Origin: Arcobacteraceae bacterium
GTDB taxonomy: Bacteria; Campylobacterota; Campylobacteria; Campylobacterales; Arcobacteraceae
NCBI GenBank assembly: GCA_963662945.1
Contig: OY759974.1
Span: 320,001-384,000, forward strand
Length of the DNA stretch: 64,000 bases
Reading direction: 5' to 3'
Part shown: positions 29,025 to 39,212 of the stretch, piece after piece
How the letters are laid out: the number at the start of each line of letters is the position of its first letter
How positions within the stretch are numbered: position 1 is the first letter of the stretch
Notes under the pieces: model-generated
Database searches by the model: none
What the model was told of the DNA's origin: nothing
What the model saw: the letters and a program-made list of their open reading frames with translations, nothing else
Program-made: the position numbers and the translations under genes

Positions 29025-29830
29025 TACTTCGATTTATATTGGATTAGAAGTCCAAAAAATGTTATAAATGGGATTATAAAAGACAATAAAAAGATTTGAA
29101 AAATTTCAAATTCCAAATGTATAATTTTAGGCATAATTGATATTATCTCTGGTTGTACAAATAAACTAATATTATTTACAACAACTATTAACAATGAAAT
29201 AACAATAATACTTGAAACAATAGCACTTAAAATTATTGTTTTAATAATCGGTTTTGAACTGTATAATAACGAACCACCATGAAGTTGAATAATAGATATT
29301 CTTTCATTATGTTCAAAAAACCATATTTTAATTTGTTTTGAAAGCAATAATAATGAAAGTGCTAATACAACCATAAATAAAATAAATACAATATCTTGTA
29401 TTAAAATTAATAACGAATATATTTGATTATGATCTGTTGAAAAAGTTTCAACTCTCTTGATATTTGTCATCTGCTTGAGTTCTTTTTTTATCTGTTCAAG
29501 CTTACGTGTAGTTGGGAATTCTTCTAGATGGATTTTATAAAAGTATGGTAGTTTTTTATTTAATAACTCCAGTGATGAACTTGATAAATTTTCTTGAACA
29601 CCCTCTATAATTTTTGTTCTACTTAAAGGTTCTATATCTTTAACTTTAATATCGGCTAAAGTATCAATATCTATAAAAGGGGTATTTGTAATCACAACAA
29701 TCGCATAATCATTTGCTATACTACTTTTATAACTATTTACAACTTTATCCACAAGTAAATATATAGAAAAAATAAAAAGCATAATAATCAAAGGAAAAGT
29801 AAAAGATAAAAACGATTTAAGAAGCTTCAT
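29024..29830 (-). CDS. ftsX: cell division permease FtsX
   Basis: Four TM segments; follows ftsE; start 29830 preferred over track start 29848. Confidence 0.8.
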   Translation of the reverse strand: MKLLKSFLSFTFPLIIMLFIFSIYLLVDKVVNSYKSSIANDYAIVVITNTPFIDIDTLADIKVKDIEPLSRTKIIEGVQENLSSSSLELLNKKLPYFYKIHLEEFPTTRKLEQIKKELKQMTNIKRVETFSTDHNQIYSLLILIQDIVFILFMVVLALSLLLLSKQIKIWFFEHNERISIIQLHGGSLLYSSKPIIKTIILSAIVSSIIVISLLIVVVNNISLFVQPEIISIMPKIIHLEFEIFQIFLLSFIIPFITFFGLLIQYKSK

Positions 29831-30479
29831 AAACAACCCCTTCATCAATATTAAATCTTCTAAATTTTACCCCTAAATCTGTTGGTATTCTATGTGTTAC
29901 AACTACAATTGTAATTCCTAAAATCTCATTTGCATTTTTAAGAAGTTTCCAAATTACATCTGAAGAATAATCATCAAGGTTTCCAGTTGGTTCATCTGCA
30001 AATATGATGCTAGGATTATGTGCTAAGGCTCTTGCAACGGCAACTCTTTGTTGCTCCCCACCACTTAGCTCCTCAGGGTATGCACCAACTTTATGACTTA
30101 ATTTCACGTGTTTAAGAAGTTTTTTTACTTGATTTTTACAAATAGTATCATCATAATTATGAACTTTTAAAGGGAGCATAATATTTTCTTCAATAGTATA
30201 ATCTTTAATAAGTTTATAATCTTGAAAAACAATTCCTAGATCTTTTCTTAACGTTAAAAGTTTATTGTAATTTTTTTTAGATAAATCAACTTTATTTACT
30301 AATAAGTGTCCAGATTTTACAGCTAATCCACCGTAAAAAGCCTTTAAAAGTGTAGATTTTCCACTACCACTTGAACCACTTATAAAAATAAAATCTTTTG
30401 GTTTGATATTAAAATTAGCATTCTCAATAATATTTTTTTTATTATCATAGGATAATGTAATATTATTTGCTAAAATCAT
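29817..30479 (-). CDS. ftsE: cell division ATP-binding protein FtsE
   Basis: [36 protein letters not shown]. Confidence 0.9.
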   Translation of the reverse strand: MILANNITLSYDNKKNIIENANFNIKPKDFIFISGSSGSGKSTLLKAFYGGLAVKSGHLLVNKVDLSKKNYNKLLTLRKDLGIVFQDYKLIKDYTIEENIMLPLKVHNYDDTICKNQVKKLLKHVKLSHKVGAYPEELSGGEQQRVAVARALAHNPSIIFADEPTGNLDDYSSDVIWKLLKNANEILGITIVVVTHRIPTDLGVKFRRFNIDEGVVYEAS

Positions 30480-31636
30480 TTTAGTATCTCCAATATTGTT
30501 TTATGTGCTTCTAGATTAGCTCTTGTAATAATAGGTTCCCCTTGAAAATATCTCATATTTCCATTTTCTAAAAGTAAATATTTTGATACTGGTCTATTAA
30601 AACTTCCAAAAGTTACTTTAATGAGTAAACCGCTTATATTCTTATCTTCAATATCATAACAAGATTCAAAATGCACCATATAATCATCTTTTATAATAGC
30701 ATTTGTATCTATTTTTGATTTAAGAGTCTCTTTTTCATATAAATATGGAAAAGCAAAATCATCTTCTAAATATACTTCTTCTGAGTTGTCTTTTGCTGTT
30801 ATTTTGACATCCCAAATAGTTTTTTCTTGTCTTTTCCATCTTGCTTCATATTTACTAGTAACTGCTAAATCTTCATTTGTAAGTATCTCATAATGATACC
30901 CTTTAAAGTGTTCCAAAAGAGATGTAGAATATTCAAAATAATTCGGACTATCTGTTCTAAGTTCTAAAGTTCCACCAACTTTTAAAACTCTCATACACTC
31001 TTCTATAAATTCAACACTCATAACTCGTCTATGTGGTTTTTTATCCCAAGGAACTGGAAAATGTACAAAAACTTTCCCTACACTATTTGATTTTAAAAAC
31101 TCTAAAAATAATCGTGCATCATAATTGATTACCAAAATATTTTCTATATTTTGTATTTTTGCTTGTTTTAAAACTTGCTCAATTGAGGGATAATGTATCT
31201 CTAATCCTATGATGATTTTATCAGGATTTGTTTTTGCTTGATGTAAAAGATGTACTCCACTTCCAAATCCAACTTCAACATATATCTCTTTTTCTGTATG
31301 AAAATCTTTAACAAAATAGTTAATATCTTTCAAATATTTTTCTTCTGGTTTTACTTTGTTATATATTGAATTTACATTTGAAAAAAGTACTTCACTTTCA
31401 CTTAGTTTTTCATAATCATTTAATGCTGTTTTCATAAGACTTACAGGTGTAAGTCTAGTTGCACTATCAAGTTTTACTAAATTATTTCCATTTTTTACAA
31501 CTTTTGTTAATAAAAATTCTTTGTTGTCATATACAGCACAAATTTTTTTATCATAATCACAAGTTGCTACAAATCTAAAATGTCCAGAACTACTTGTAGT
31601 AATATCGCTATGAGGTTTTAATAGAAGATGTGGCAT
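30476..31636 (-). CDS. trmB: tRNA (guanine-N7)-methyltransferase
   Basis: EVGFGSG, HFPVPW.KK.HRR, LRTD, SKYE. Confidence 0.92.
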   Translation of the reverse strand: MPHLLLKPHSDITTSSSGHFRFVATCDYDKKICAVYDNKEFLLTKVVKNGNNLVKLDSATRLTPVSLMKTALNDYEKLSESEVLFSNVNSIYNKVKPEEKYLKDINYFVKDFHTEKEIYVEVGFGSGVHLLHQAKTNPDKIIIGLEIHYPSIEQVLKQAKIQNIENILVINYDARLFLEFLKSNSVGKVFVHFPVPWDKKPHRRVMSVEFIEECMRVLKVGGTLELRTDSPNYFEYSTSLLEHFKGYHYEILTNEDLAVTSKYEARWKRQEKTIWDVKITAKDNSEEVYLEDDFAFPYLYEKETLKSKIDTNAIIKDDYMVHFESCYDIEDKNISGLLIKVTFGSFNRPVSKYLLLENGNMRYFQGEPIITRANLEAHKTILEILK

Positions 31637-32919
31637 TAATCAGCTCTTACCCCATCTGCTAATTTAGGTAACTTAATAGACACCTCTTGTGTTTTTTCAG
31701 AAAGAAGACCATACGCATCAACTGCTTGTAACGTATAATTATACTCAACACCTCTTACAACATCTGGATCTTCAAATCTTAAACCTTGAACATTTGGAAT
31801 CAATTTTTCTTTAGAAGAGATAAACGATTCTTTTGTAGTTTTATAAATATTGTATGAAACTGTTCTATCATCTGTCGATACCCAATTTAATATTACTTTA
31901 TTTCCTTGAATTTGAGATAGTGTAATCTGTGGCACATTTGGCTTTGCCAATGTTGAACCCATAACTGGTGATACTTGTTTAATATCACTCTCTAAACCAT
32001 CTTTATCAACTGTAGTTATTTTATAAAAATAGATTTCTCCATCTTCTTGAATCATATCATCGAATCTATTATGATCTTCAGCTGCTTTTGCAATTTTACT
32101 AAAAAAACCATTTGCACTTGATGCTCTATAAATATTGTAGTAAACAACATCAGGTGTTTTTGATTTTCCCCAAGCAAGTTGTATTTTCTTTGGTAAATCT
32201 CTTGTTGCTTCTAATTTTGAAATTTGAAGAGGAAGTGGTTTTGTTGTTGCACTTACTATTGCACTTGGATTTGATACAATTCCATCAAATGTTTCTACCA
32301 TCACTCGATACATATAAATCTCATTATCTCCTAAACCATCATCAATATACTCAACATTAAATCTATCTTCGATAACTTTAAGTTGTTCCCATTTTGATTT
32401 AACTGGTGTAGTTTTTTCTATAATATATTTTTTAACTCTAGGATTTGTATGAGGTCGCCATAAAATTTTAATTTGTCTTGGAAGTTCACTAATCGCTTGA
32501 ACAAAACTTACTGAATCTAAATTTGGTAAAGTTAAAACTTCTACACTTCCACTTGCTCTTGATTCCATATCATTTTTTGTAAACATAGATATTTTATAGG
32601 CATATTTACTATTTGCCATTAAATCTTTATCTAAATAATGTGTTGCATATTTATTTTTTACAGTTGCTACTCTTTGAAATTTTCCACCTTTTTGCACATC
32701 AGCTCTAATGATATAATACCCTTCTGCTTGTGCTATATCAATAGCTTTCCATTCTAATGCCACCGCATTAATATCCGGTATAGTTTTGATACTTGTAGCT
32801 TCTACTACAGGTAAGCTCTCATCAATTTTTGGTTTTATTGGTGTAGTTAATTGGTCTTGACAACCACTAATGAATAGTATCAAACCTACTGATAACAAAC
32901 TCTTGGCTAATTTTCCCAT
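31636..32919 (-). CDS. fibronectin type III domain lipoprotein (FlpA-like)
   Basis: Lipobox ISGC; repeated L.W...Y.IYR/K...D.....Y.Y Fn3 units. Confidence 0.85.
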   Translation of the reverse strand: MGKLAKSLLSVGLILFISGCQDQLTTPIKPKIDESLPVVEATSIKTIPDINAVALEWKAIDIAQAEGYYIIRADVQKGGKFQRVATVKNKYATHYLDKDLMANSKYAYKISMFTKNDMESRASGSVEVLTLPNLDSVSFVQAISELPRQIKILWRPHTNPRVKKYIIEKTTPVKSKWEQLKVIEDRFNVEYIDDGLGDNEIYMYRVMVETFDGIVSNPSAIVSATTKPLPLQISKLEATRDLPKKIQLAWGKSKTPDVVYYNIYRASSANGFFSKIAKAAEDHNRFDDMIQEDGEIYFYKITTVDKDGLESDIKQVSPVMGSTLAKPNVPQITLSQIQGNKVILNWVSTDDRTVSYNIYKTTKESFISSKEKLIPNVQGLRFEDPDVVRGVEYNYTLQAVDAYGLLSEKTQEVSIKLPKLADGVRAD

Positions 32920-33832
32920 TATTCTCTTCCTTGTTAAAGTGTTTATTATAAAATTCTTGCATATCTTCTGGCATACCTATAGTAAAGTTCATATCAACTC
33001 CAGTAATTGGATGTTTAAGATATAAACAAAAGGCATGCAAATAAACTCTTTTAAGCTTATCTAAATTTCCCTTAAAACCATATAATGCATCACCTAAAAT
33101 ATGCCTTTGAAGTGATTCAAGATGAACCCTAATTTGATGAGTTCTTCCAGTATAAAGTTTTGCTGCGATAATTTCATAATTTCCATCACTGCTAGTTGCT
33201 AATTTAGCAAAAGAAGTTTTCGCATTTTTCCCACCTTCAACTATCCCCATTTTTAATCTATTGTGTGGATTTCTTGCCATTGGTTTATCTACAGTTATAT
33301 CATCTTTTAAAGGTAAATCTATCATAGCTAAATAGTATCGTCCCATCGTTTTTGTTTCCAGTTGCCGAGAAAGCTTTTCGTGAGCTTCGTTAGTTTTTGC
33401 AATTACAAGTAAGCCACTTGTTCCTTTGTCTATTCGATGAACAATACCATGTCTCTCTTCACCGCTAATTGTGGAAAGTGAAATATTTTTTTTCTTTAGC
33501 CAATCTACAAGTGTAGCTTCATTGACACTTGGTGCACCATGAACTATTACACCAGAGGGTTTATTTATCACCATAAAATAGTCATCTTCAAAAACAACAT
33601 CTATATCAAACTCAACTTCTAATGCTTCCTCTTTTACAACTTCAGGAAGTTCTACAGTTACTTTTTGTCCAACTTGAAGTTTAAGCCCACTTTTGGCTTT
33701 TTGTTTATTTTCAACAGTAACAAAACCTTTTTTGATAAGTTGTTCTATTTGATTTCTTGATTCGTTTAATTGTTCAGATAAAAAAAGATCAAGTCTGATC
33801 TCTTGTGTAGGGATAAATTGTTTGCTGTTCAT
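32867..33832 (-). CDS. rluD: RluA/RluD family pseudouridine synthase
   Basis: S4 RLD, NKPSG, HRIDKGTSG, TGRTHQIRVH; start 33832 preferred over track start 33883. Confidence 0.88.
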   Translation of the reverse strand: MNSKQFIPTQEIRLDLFLSEQLNESRNQIEQLIKKGFVTVENKQKAKSGLKLQVGQKVTVELPEVVKEEALEVEFDIDVVFEDDYFMVINKPSGVIVHGAPSVNEATLVDWLKKKNISLSTISGEERHGIVHRIDKGTSGLLVIAKTNEAHEKLSRQLETKTMGRYYLAMIDLPLKDDITVDKPMARNPHNRLKMGIVEGGKNAKTSFAKLATSSDGNYEIIAAKLYTGRTHQIRVHLESLQRHILGDALYGFKGNLDKLKRVYLHAFCLYLKHPITGVDMNFTIGMPEDMQEFYNKHFNKEENNGKISQEFVISRFDTIH

Positions 33833-33917
33833 GATATTGATTTGACCTTTGAAATTATTTTGTATTGTACAGTATAATAACAAAAAATCAAATCAATAGT
33901 ATTATCAAAAGTATAAG

Positions 33918-35369
33918 TTAATGTTTCACTTTGATATTATTAATTTTTAGTTTTTTTATAAACTCCATTATTTTTGCAATTTTAGACTCTTCTTCTTTTA
34001 TCGACTTTTCTCCACCTAATTTAAAAATATCAAGTTTTTTATCTAAATATCCTGTATTTAAGTTTCCAGCCATAAAATCTACATCTCTTACAATTTGTCT
34101 ATGAAGTGCAATATTTGTTGGAAAACCTTCTATATAAAACTCATCTAATGCTCTTTTGGCTTTTTTAACTGCACCTTCCCAATCTAAAGACCATACTATA
34201 AGTTTTCCTATCATAGAATCATAGTTTGCTGGAATTTTGTATCCTGCATACAATGCCGAATCAAGTCTTACTCCAGGACCTCCTGGAGTTAAGTATGTTG
34301 ATACAGTTCCAACTGATGGCATAAAGTTTTTTTGTGGATTTTCTGCATTTATTCTAAACTCTATTGCATATCCTCTAAAACTTATCTCTTCTTGTAAAAA
34401 TTTAAGTTTATCACCCTCTGCAATTTCTATCATTCGCTGAATAATATCAACACCACTAATGATTTCAGTCACAGGATGTTCAACTTGTACTCTTGTATTC
34501 ATCTCTATAAAATAAATAGTATCATGTTCATCAACTAAAAACTCAACTGTTCCAACACTTTCATATCCTAATTTAAACATAGCTTTTGTAGCTATTCTAT
34601 AGAGTTCTTTTCTTGTTTCTTGATTTAATCTAGGTGATGGTGCAATCTCAATAACTTTTTGATGTCTTCTTTGGATTGAACAATCTCGTTCACCTAAATG
34701 AACAACATTTCCATATTTATCTGCCATAACTTGTACTTCAATATGTCTTGGATTTTCAACATATTTTTCAATAAATACTTCCCCTCTTCCAAAGTATTTT
34801 TGAGATTCATTTACAGCACTATCGAACATATCATAAAAATCTTTTGGATTTTTTACAATTCTCATACCTCTTCCACCACCACCAAAAGCAGCTTTGATAA
34901 TAACTGGAAATCCAATCTCTGTAGCAATTTTTGCTCCAAGTTTTTTATCCTCTATTGGTTCATCAGTACCTTCTAAAACTGGAACTCCTACAGCTTTCAT
35001 AGCAACTTTTGAAGCCATTTTATCTCCAAAAAGATCAATATGTTCAGGTTTTGGGCCTATAAATATTATTCCATTCTCAGCACAAGCTCTTGCAAAATCA
35101 GCATTTTCACTTAAAAATCCATATCCAGGATGAATCGCATCACAAGAAGCTTTTTTTGCAATAGATATAATTACATTATAATCTAAATAAGCCTGTACAG
35201 GATCACCCATAATTGGATAACATTCATCTGCTTTTCTTACCCAAACACCTTCAACATCAACTTCTGAAAATATTGCAACACTTTTCATTTCAAGCTCTTG
35301 ACAAGCTCTGATAATTCTTAGTGCTATTTCACCTCTATTTGCTATTAAAACTTTAGTTATTTTTTTCAT
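33918..35369 (-). CDS. biotin carboxylase (pyruvate carboxylase subunit A / AccC type)
   Basis: ANRGEIA, HPGYGFLSEN, GGGGRGMR, ERDCSIQRRHQK, EMNTRVQVEH, YDSMIGKL. Confidence 0.92.
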   Translation of the reverse strand: MKKITKVLIANRGEIALRIIRACQELEMKSVAIFSEVDVEGVWVRKADECYPIMGDPVQAYLDYNVIISIAKKASCDAIHPGYGFLSENADFARACAENGIIFIGPKPEHIDLFGDKMASKVAMKAVGVPVLEGTDEPIEDKKLGAKIATEIGFPVIIKAAFGGGGRGMRIVKNPKDFYDMFDSAVNESQKYFGRGEVFIEKYVENPRHIEVQVMADKYGNVVHLGERDCSIQRRHQKVIEIAPSPRLNQETRKELYRIATKAMFKLGYESVGTVEFLVDEHDTIYFIEMNTRVQVEHPVTEIISGVDIIQRMIEIAEGDKLKFLQEEISFRGYAIEFRINAENPQKNFMPSVGTVSTYLTPGGPGVRLDSALYAGYKIPANYDSMIGKLIVWSLDWEGAVKKAKRALDEFYIEGFPTNIALHRQIVRDVDFMAGNLNTGYLDKKLDIFKLGGEKSIKEEESKIAKIMEFIKKLKINNIKVKH

Positions 35370-35382
35370 TCTTATCCTTTTT

Positions 35383-35682
35383 TTATGAAATTCTTAATTG
35401 CCTATTATTTAAAAATGTAAGTATAGTGTGATTTGATTTTGATATAATTTTTGTGATAATTTCAACTTTAATATCTCTAAAATCTTTAAAAAACTCTTTA
35501 AAATTATTATACGCTTGATTAATGTTTGATTTATCTAAAAACTCTATAAGAAGAGATTCTTCACAAAATATAATTTTTTGATTTGAAACTTGAAACTCTT
35601 TTGATTTATTAATAAAATTCAAAAAAATTTGTTTTTGACTTTGTGCTATTTTGAGATAATTCTCAATATAAATATATTCCAT
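35383..35682 (-). CDS. hypothetical protein
   Basis: 99-aa ORF with AAGGA RBS and a promoter carrying the ATTCAT repeat. Confidence 0.6.
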   Translation of the reverse strand: MEYIYIENYLKIAQSQKQIFLNFINKSKEFQVSNQKIIFCEESLLIEFLDKSNINQAYNNFKEFFKDFRDIKVEIITKIISKSNHTILTFLNNRQLRIS

Positions 35683-35714
35683 ATTTTATCCTTTTTTTAA
35701 AACTAAATTACAAA

Positions 35715-35747
35715 ATTGTAATTGAATTTTATGAATAGAATATGAAT
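35715..35747 (-). promoter_or_regulatory. ATTCAT-N5-ATTCAT-N10-TACAAT promoter
   Basis: Same architecture as the two promoters at 38025-38105. Confidence 0.65.
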
Positions 35748-35836
35748 AAATTTATTTATAAGAAGGTATTGTTATTGATGCATAAAAATAGATATATATT
35801 GAAACAATTACGAGTGCATAAAGAATAATCATTTTA

Positions 35837-37177
35837 TTATTTTTCAAAATTTTCTCCTTTAAAGTTAATAGTAAATAACGTATATTCTTCATATTTACTT
35901 TGTACATTTAAAGTAAATTTATGAATATTTGCAATTGATTTTACTATTGATAATCCAAGACCATTTCCTGTGCCACTTCTTGCATCATCAACCCTATAAA
36001 ATCTATCAAAAATATTTTTTAAATCTTCCTCTTTTATCCCTATCCCATAATCTTTGATTTTGATTTTTTCTTTATTTAAAGATATTTCTACAATAGAGTT
36101 TTTATGAGAATATTTTAAAGAATTTTGAATAATATTTCCTATCAATATTTTTAGTAATAAAGGATGTCCTTGAACAATAATATTTTCAAAATGATGAAAA
36201 TAAAACTTAATATTTTTTGTTTCTATGAGTTGCTTATTTTGTGCTATCACTTCAGTGATAATTTCATCAAGCTCCACATCCACAAATTGCTGTTCAATCT
36301 CTTTATTATTTGATTTCGATAAAAAAAGTAAGCTATTAATAAGTTCTTGTAAAGATTTTGTTTCTTCTAATGTACTAGATAAAATATTTTTGTATTCTTG
36401 ATTTGTTCTTTCTTTTCGTAAGCCTAGTTCTATTTCTCCTCGTATGATTGTAAGGGGAGTTTTAAGTTCATGGGAAACATCGTTTGAAAATCTTTTTATT
36501 TTTGAAAATGAATCATCAAGTTTATCAAGTAAAAAATTAAATGTAGTAATCAACTCTTCTATCTCATCATTACTACTAAGTGTTGAAATCCTTTTATTTA
36601 GGTTATGTGATTCTATATCTTTTACTTCATCAATAGCTTTTTTTACAGGATGTAAAGAACTTTTAATGATAAAATAACCAGAAATGATAGAAAGAACTAA
36701 TAATATAGGAATCAATACCATTAAAATATCTTTTAAATGCACCATAGCTGGTTCTATTTTATCTTTTAAAGTTGTTGCAACTTCTATATAAATATTATTA
36801 TCTTTATCACTTCTATACCGTATTACTCTTATTGTATTTTTACTGGTAAATGTTTGAAATTCACCTTTTTCTAAAAGTTTAAAATTTTGAATATCGATTG
36901 GTGATTTGTTTGAAGATATTTTATTAAATTTTCCATTTTTATATTGATAAATTACTATAGAGAAATTTTGTATTAAAAACTCTTCATTGTCAAAAGGGGT
37001 ATAAAAATGTTGACTATAATTAATTTCATTAATAATTGTTAAGAGTTGATTATCTATAGTTTTCATATTTTGTTTATAAAACTGCATTATTAATACACTT
37101 GAAAAAATCGATAATATAATAGTAATTACTATTGAATAATAAAAAAGAAGTCTTGTTTTTATATTTTTAAGATTCAT
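35837..37177 (-). CDS. HAMP sensor histidine kinase
   Basis: Two TM helices, HAMP, VSHELKTPL, DYGIGI, RFYR, GLGLSI. Confidence 0.92.
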   Translation of the reverse strand: MNLKNIKTRLLFYYSIVITIILSIFSSVLIMQFYKQNMKTIDNQLLTIINEINYSQHFYTPFDNEEFLIQNFSIVIYQYKNGKFNKISSNKSPIDIQNFKLLEKGEFQTFTSKNTIRVIRYRSDKDNNIYIEVATTLKDKIEPAMVHLKDILMVLIPILLVLSIISGYFIIKSSLHPVKKAIDEVKDIESHNLNKRISTLSSNDEIEELITTFNFLLDKLDDSFSKIKRFSNDVSHELKTPLTIIRGEIELGLRKERTNQEYKNILSSTLEETKSLQELINSLLFLSKSNNKEIEQQFVDVELDEIITEVIAQNKQLIETKNIKFYFHHFENIIVQGHPLLLKILIGNIIQNSLKYSHKNSIVEISLNKEKIKIKDYGIGIKEEDLKNIFDRFYRVDDARSGTGNGLGLSIVKSIANIHKFTLNVQSKYEEYTLFTINFKGENFEK

Positions 37178-37844
37178 TATTTTGGCTTACTTTATATCCC
37201 ATTCCTCGAATAGTATGGATAAGTTTTATATCATTTTCTTTATCTATTTTTTTTCTCAATCTATAAATATATACATTTATAATATTACTTGCTGTATCTT
37301 TATCCATATTCCATAAAGAGTTATTAATCATATCTTCTGTTACTACTTTTTCTTGATTCATTAAAAGATACTCTAAAAGAATATATTCTTTTGAACTAAG
37401 AGTAATATTTCTATCTCCTCTTGTGACAATTTTTCTATCACAATCAAGTCTTAAATCAGCTATTTTAAGTATATTTGTCAGAGACTTTCCCTCTCTAAGT
37501 TGTACTTTTATACGTGCAATCAACTCATCAAATGAAAAAGGTTTTGACATATAATCATTTGCACCACTATTTAAACCCAATACTTTTTCATCTATGGAAC
37601 TTTTGGCAGTTAACATTATAATAGGTATTTTAATATTTTTTTCTCTTATAATTTTACATAAACTTACACCATCAATAGCAGGTATCATAAGATCTAAAAT
37701 AATAAGATCATAACTATTGGTTTCAATTAAATATAAAGCTTCTTCACCATCAAAACAACAATCTACTATATAGTTCTCTTCTACTAAACCTTTCGATAAA
37801 AATGAGGAGATTTTAACATCATCTTCCACCACCAATATTTTCAT
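37167..37844 (-). CDS. OmpR-family response regulator
   Basis: VEDD, LDLMIP, GANDYMSKPF, NVYIYRLRKK, RGMGY. Confidence 0.93.
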   Translation of the reverse strand: MKILVVEDDVKISSFLSKGLVEENYIVDCCFDGEEALYLIETNSYDLIILDLMIPAIDGVSLCKIIREKNIKIPIIMLTAKSSIDEKVLGLNSGANDYMSKPFSFDELIARIKVQLREGKSLTNILKIADLRLDCDRKIVTRGDRNITLSSKEYILLEYLLMNQEKVVTEDMINNSLWNMDKDTASNIINVYIYRLRKKIDKENDIKLIHTIRGMGYKVSQNNES

Positions 37845-37887
37845 AGATTGTATCCTTTACTTTTCTATTGTAAGTATAACTTATTTG

Positions 37888-38020
37888 TCATAACACTTAC
37901 AAGGCTATATTGGTTTTGTAATTTTTTAGTTAGTGTAATTAATGTGCAAGAGGAAAGGAGTGTATTGATTTTAGTTAATATTTCTCTACTTACCCGAATA
38001 TAGCCCTTGTATGTGTATGA
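37888..38020 (-). ncRNA. putative structured sRNA or 5' leader: long terminal stem with anti-SD loop
   Basis: Imperfect 24-nt inverted repeat (37888-37911 and 37997-38020); central CACUCCUUUCCUCU; TATAAT at 38025-38030 puts the start at the stem end. Confidence 0.5.
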
Positions 38021-38024
38021 TGAA

Positions 38025-38105
38025 ATTATAATATTCAAATATGAACAGAATATGAATTTTTTTTCATATTATATTCATTTGGAATTCATATCTATAATTT
38101 ATAAT
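38025..38105. promoter_or_regulatory. back-to-back promoters, each RTTCAT-N5-RTTCAT-N10-TATAAT
   Basis: Minus: ATTCAT 38057-52, GTTCAT 38046-41, TATAAT 38030-25. Plus: TTTCAT 38062, ATTCAT 38073, ATTCAT 38084, TATAAT 38100. Confidence 0.7.
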
Positions 38106-38129
38106 TTTTAACAAATAAAAAGGAGTGAT

Positions 38130-39212
38130 ATGTTTTCAAATGCCCTCAAAGCTTTAATTGCCAATAGATTAAAAACTTTTTTAATATTCCTAAGCTTTAC
38201 ATTTTCTATTACTGCTATATTTCTCATCTCTTCTATTGCCACAGGAATTATCACTATGTACTCTTCTATGCTTAAAAGTGATGGAGATATTATAGTAACA
38301 CAAAAAAATATTTCTGATACTTTTTTTAGTAATGTTGATACAAAACTTATTCCTAAAATTGAAACAATCAAAGATGTTACAAAAGTATCAGCGCTTATCT
38401 TTGGTGCAAGTCCAGTAGAAAACTTACCTATCATTGCTGTCTATGGAAGTAGTCAAAATAGATTTTCAAACTACAAACTTATAAAAGGTAATTATCCACA
38501 AAAAGATGAAGTAATTGTTGGTAACTCAATATATAAGCAACTTCAAAATCAAAGAACAATCACAATTGGGACAAAAAATTTTATAGTAAGTGGTATCTAT
38601 GAAAGTGAAATTGGATTTGAAAATGGTGGGGTTGTTTTAAATTTAGAAGATGCTAGTAAAATTTTTAATAAATCAGCTTCTTTATTTCTTATAAATACAA
38701 CAATGAAGAGCAATAAAGATACCATCTTAAAAACTATCAATAATTTAAGTGATACTATTGAAGCAAAAAAAACAACACAATTTATAGAAAATTACAATCA
38801 ATTCAATATCATAAAAACCTCATCAAATGTTATCTCATTTATCGCTTTTTCTATGGGACTTTTAGCCATAGCTTCTATTATGAGTATCACAGTCAATGAT
38901 AGAAAAGATGAGTTTGGGATTAAAAGAGCTTTAGGGATAAGTAGTTTTAGGATTACTATATCTTTAATCATTGAAAGTTTTATAGTAGGTATTATCTCTT
39001 TTATTACAGCTTTTGTAGTATCAAATATCATTTTAATAGCCATCAAACACTCAACTACTCTACAAGGATATGTAAATGGAGAGATTACCCTAGAGTTATC
39101 ACTGTATATTTTTATCACTTCAATTATGATGAGTGCTTTAGGTGTCTTAGTACCATCTTTAAGTGCTTCAAAGATTGACCCGATTATTTTAATACAAAAG
39201 GGGAATAGATGA
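38130..39212 (+). CDS. ABC transporter permease, MacB/FtsX-like
   Basis: N-terminal TM, periplasmic domain, DRKDEFGIKRALG, ASKIDP. Confidence 0.9.
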   Translation: MFSNALKALIANRLKTFLIFLSFTFSITAIFLISSIATGIITMYSSMLKSDGDIIVTQKNISDTFFSNVDTKLIPKIETIKDVTKVSALIFGASPVENLPIIAVYGSSQNRFSNYKLIKGNYPQKDEVIVGNSIYKQLQNQRTITIGTKNFIVSGIYESEIGFENGGVVLNLEDASKIFNKSASLFLINTTMKSNKDTILKTINNLSDTIEAKKTTQFIENYNQFNIIKTSSNVISFIAFSMGLLAIASIMSITVNDRKDEFGIKRALGISSFRITISLIIESFIVGIISFITAFVVSNIILIAIKHSTTLQGYVNGEITLELSLYIFITSIMMSALGVLVPSLSASKIDPIILIQKGNR

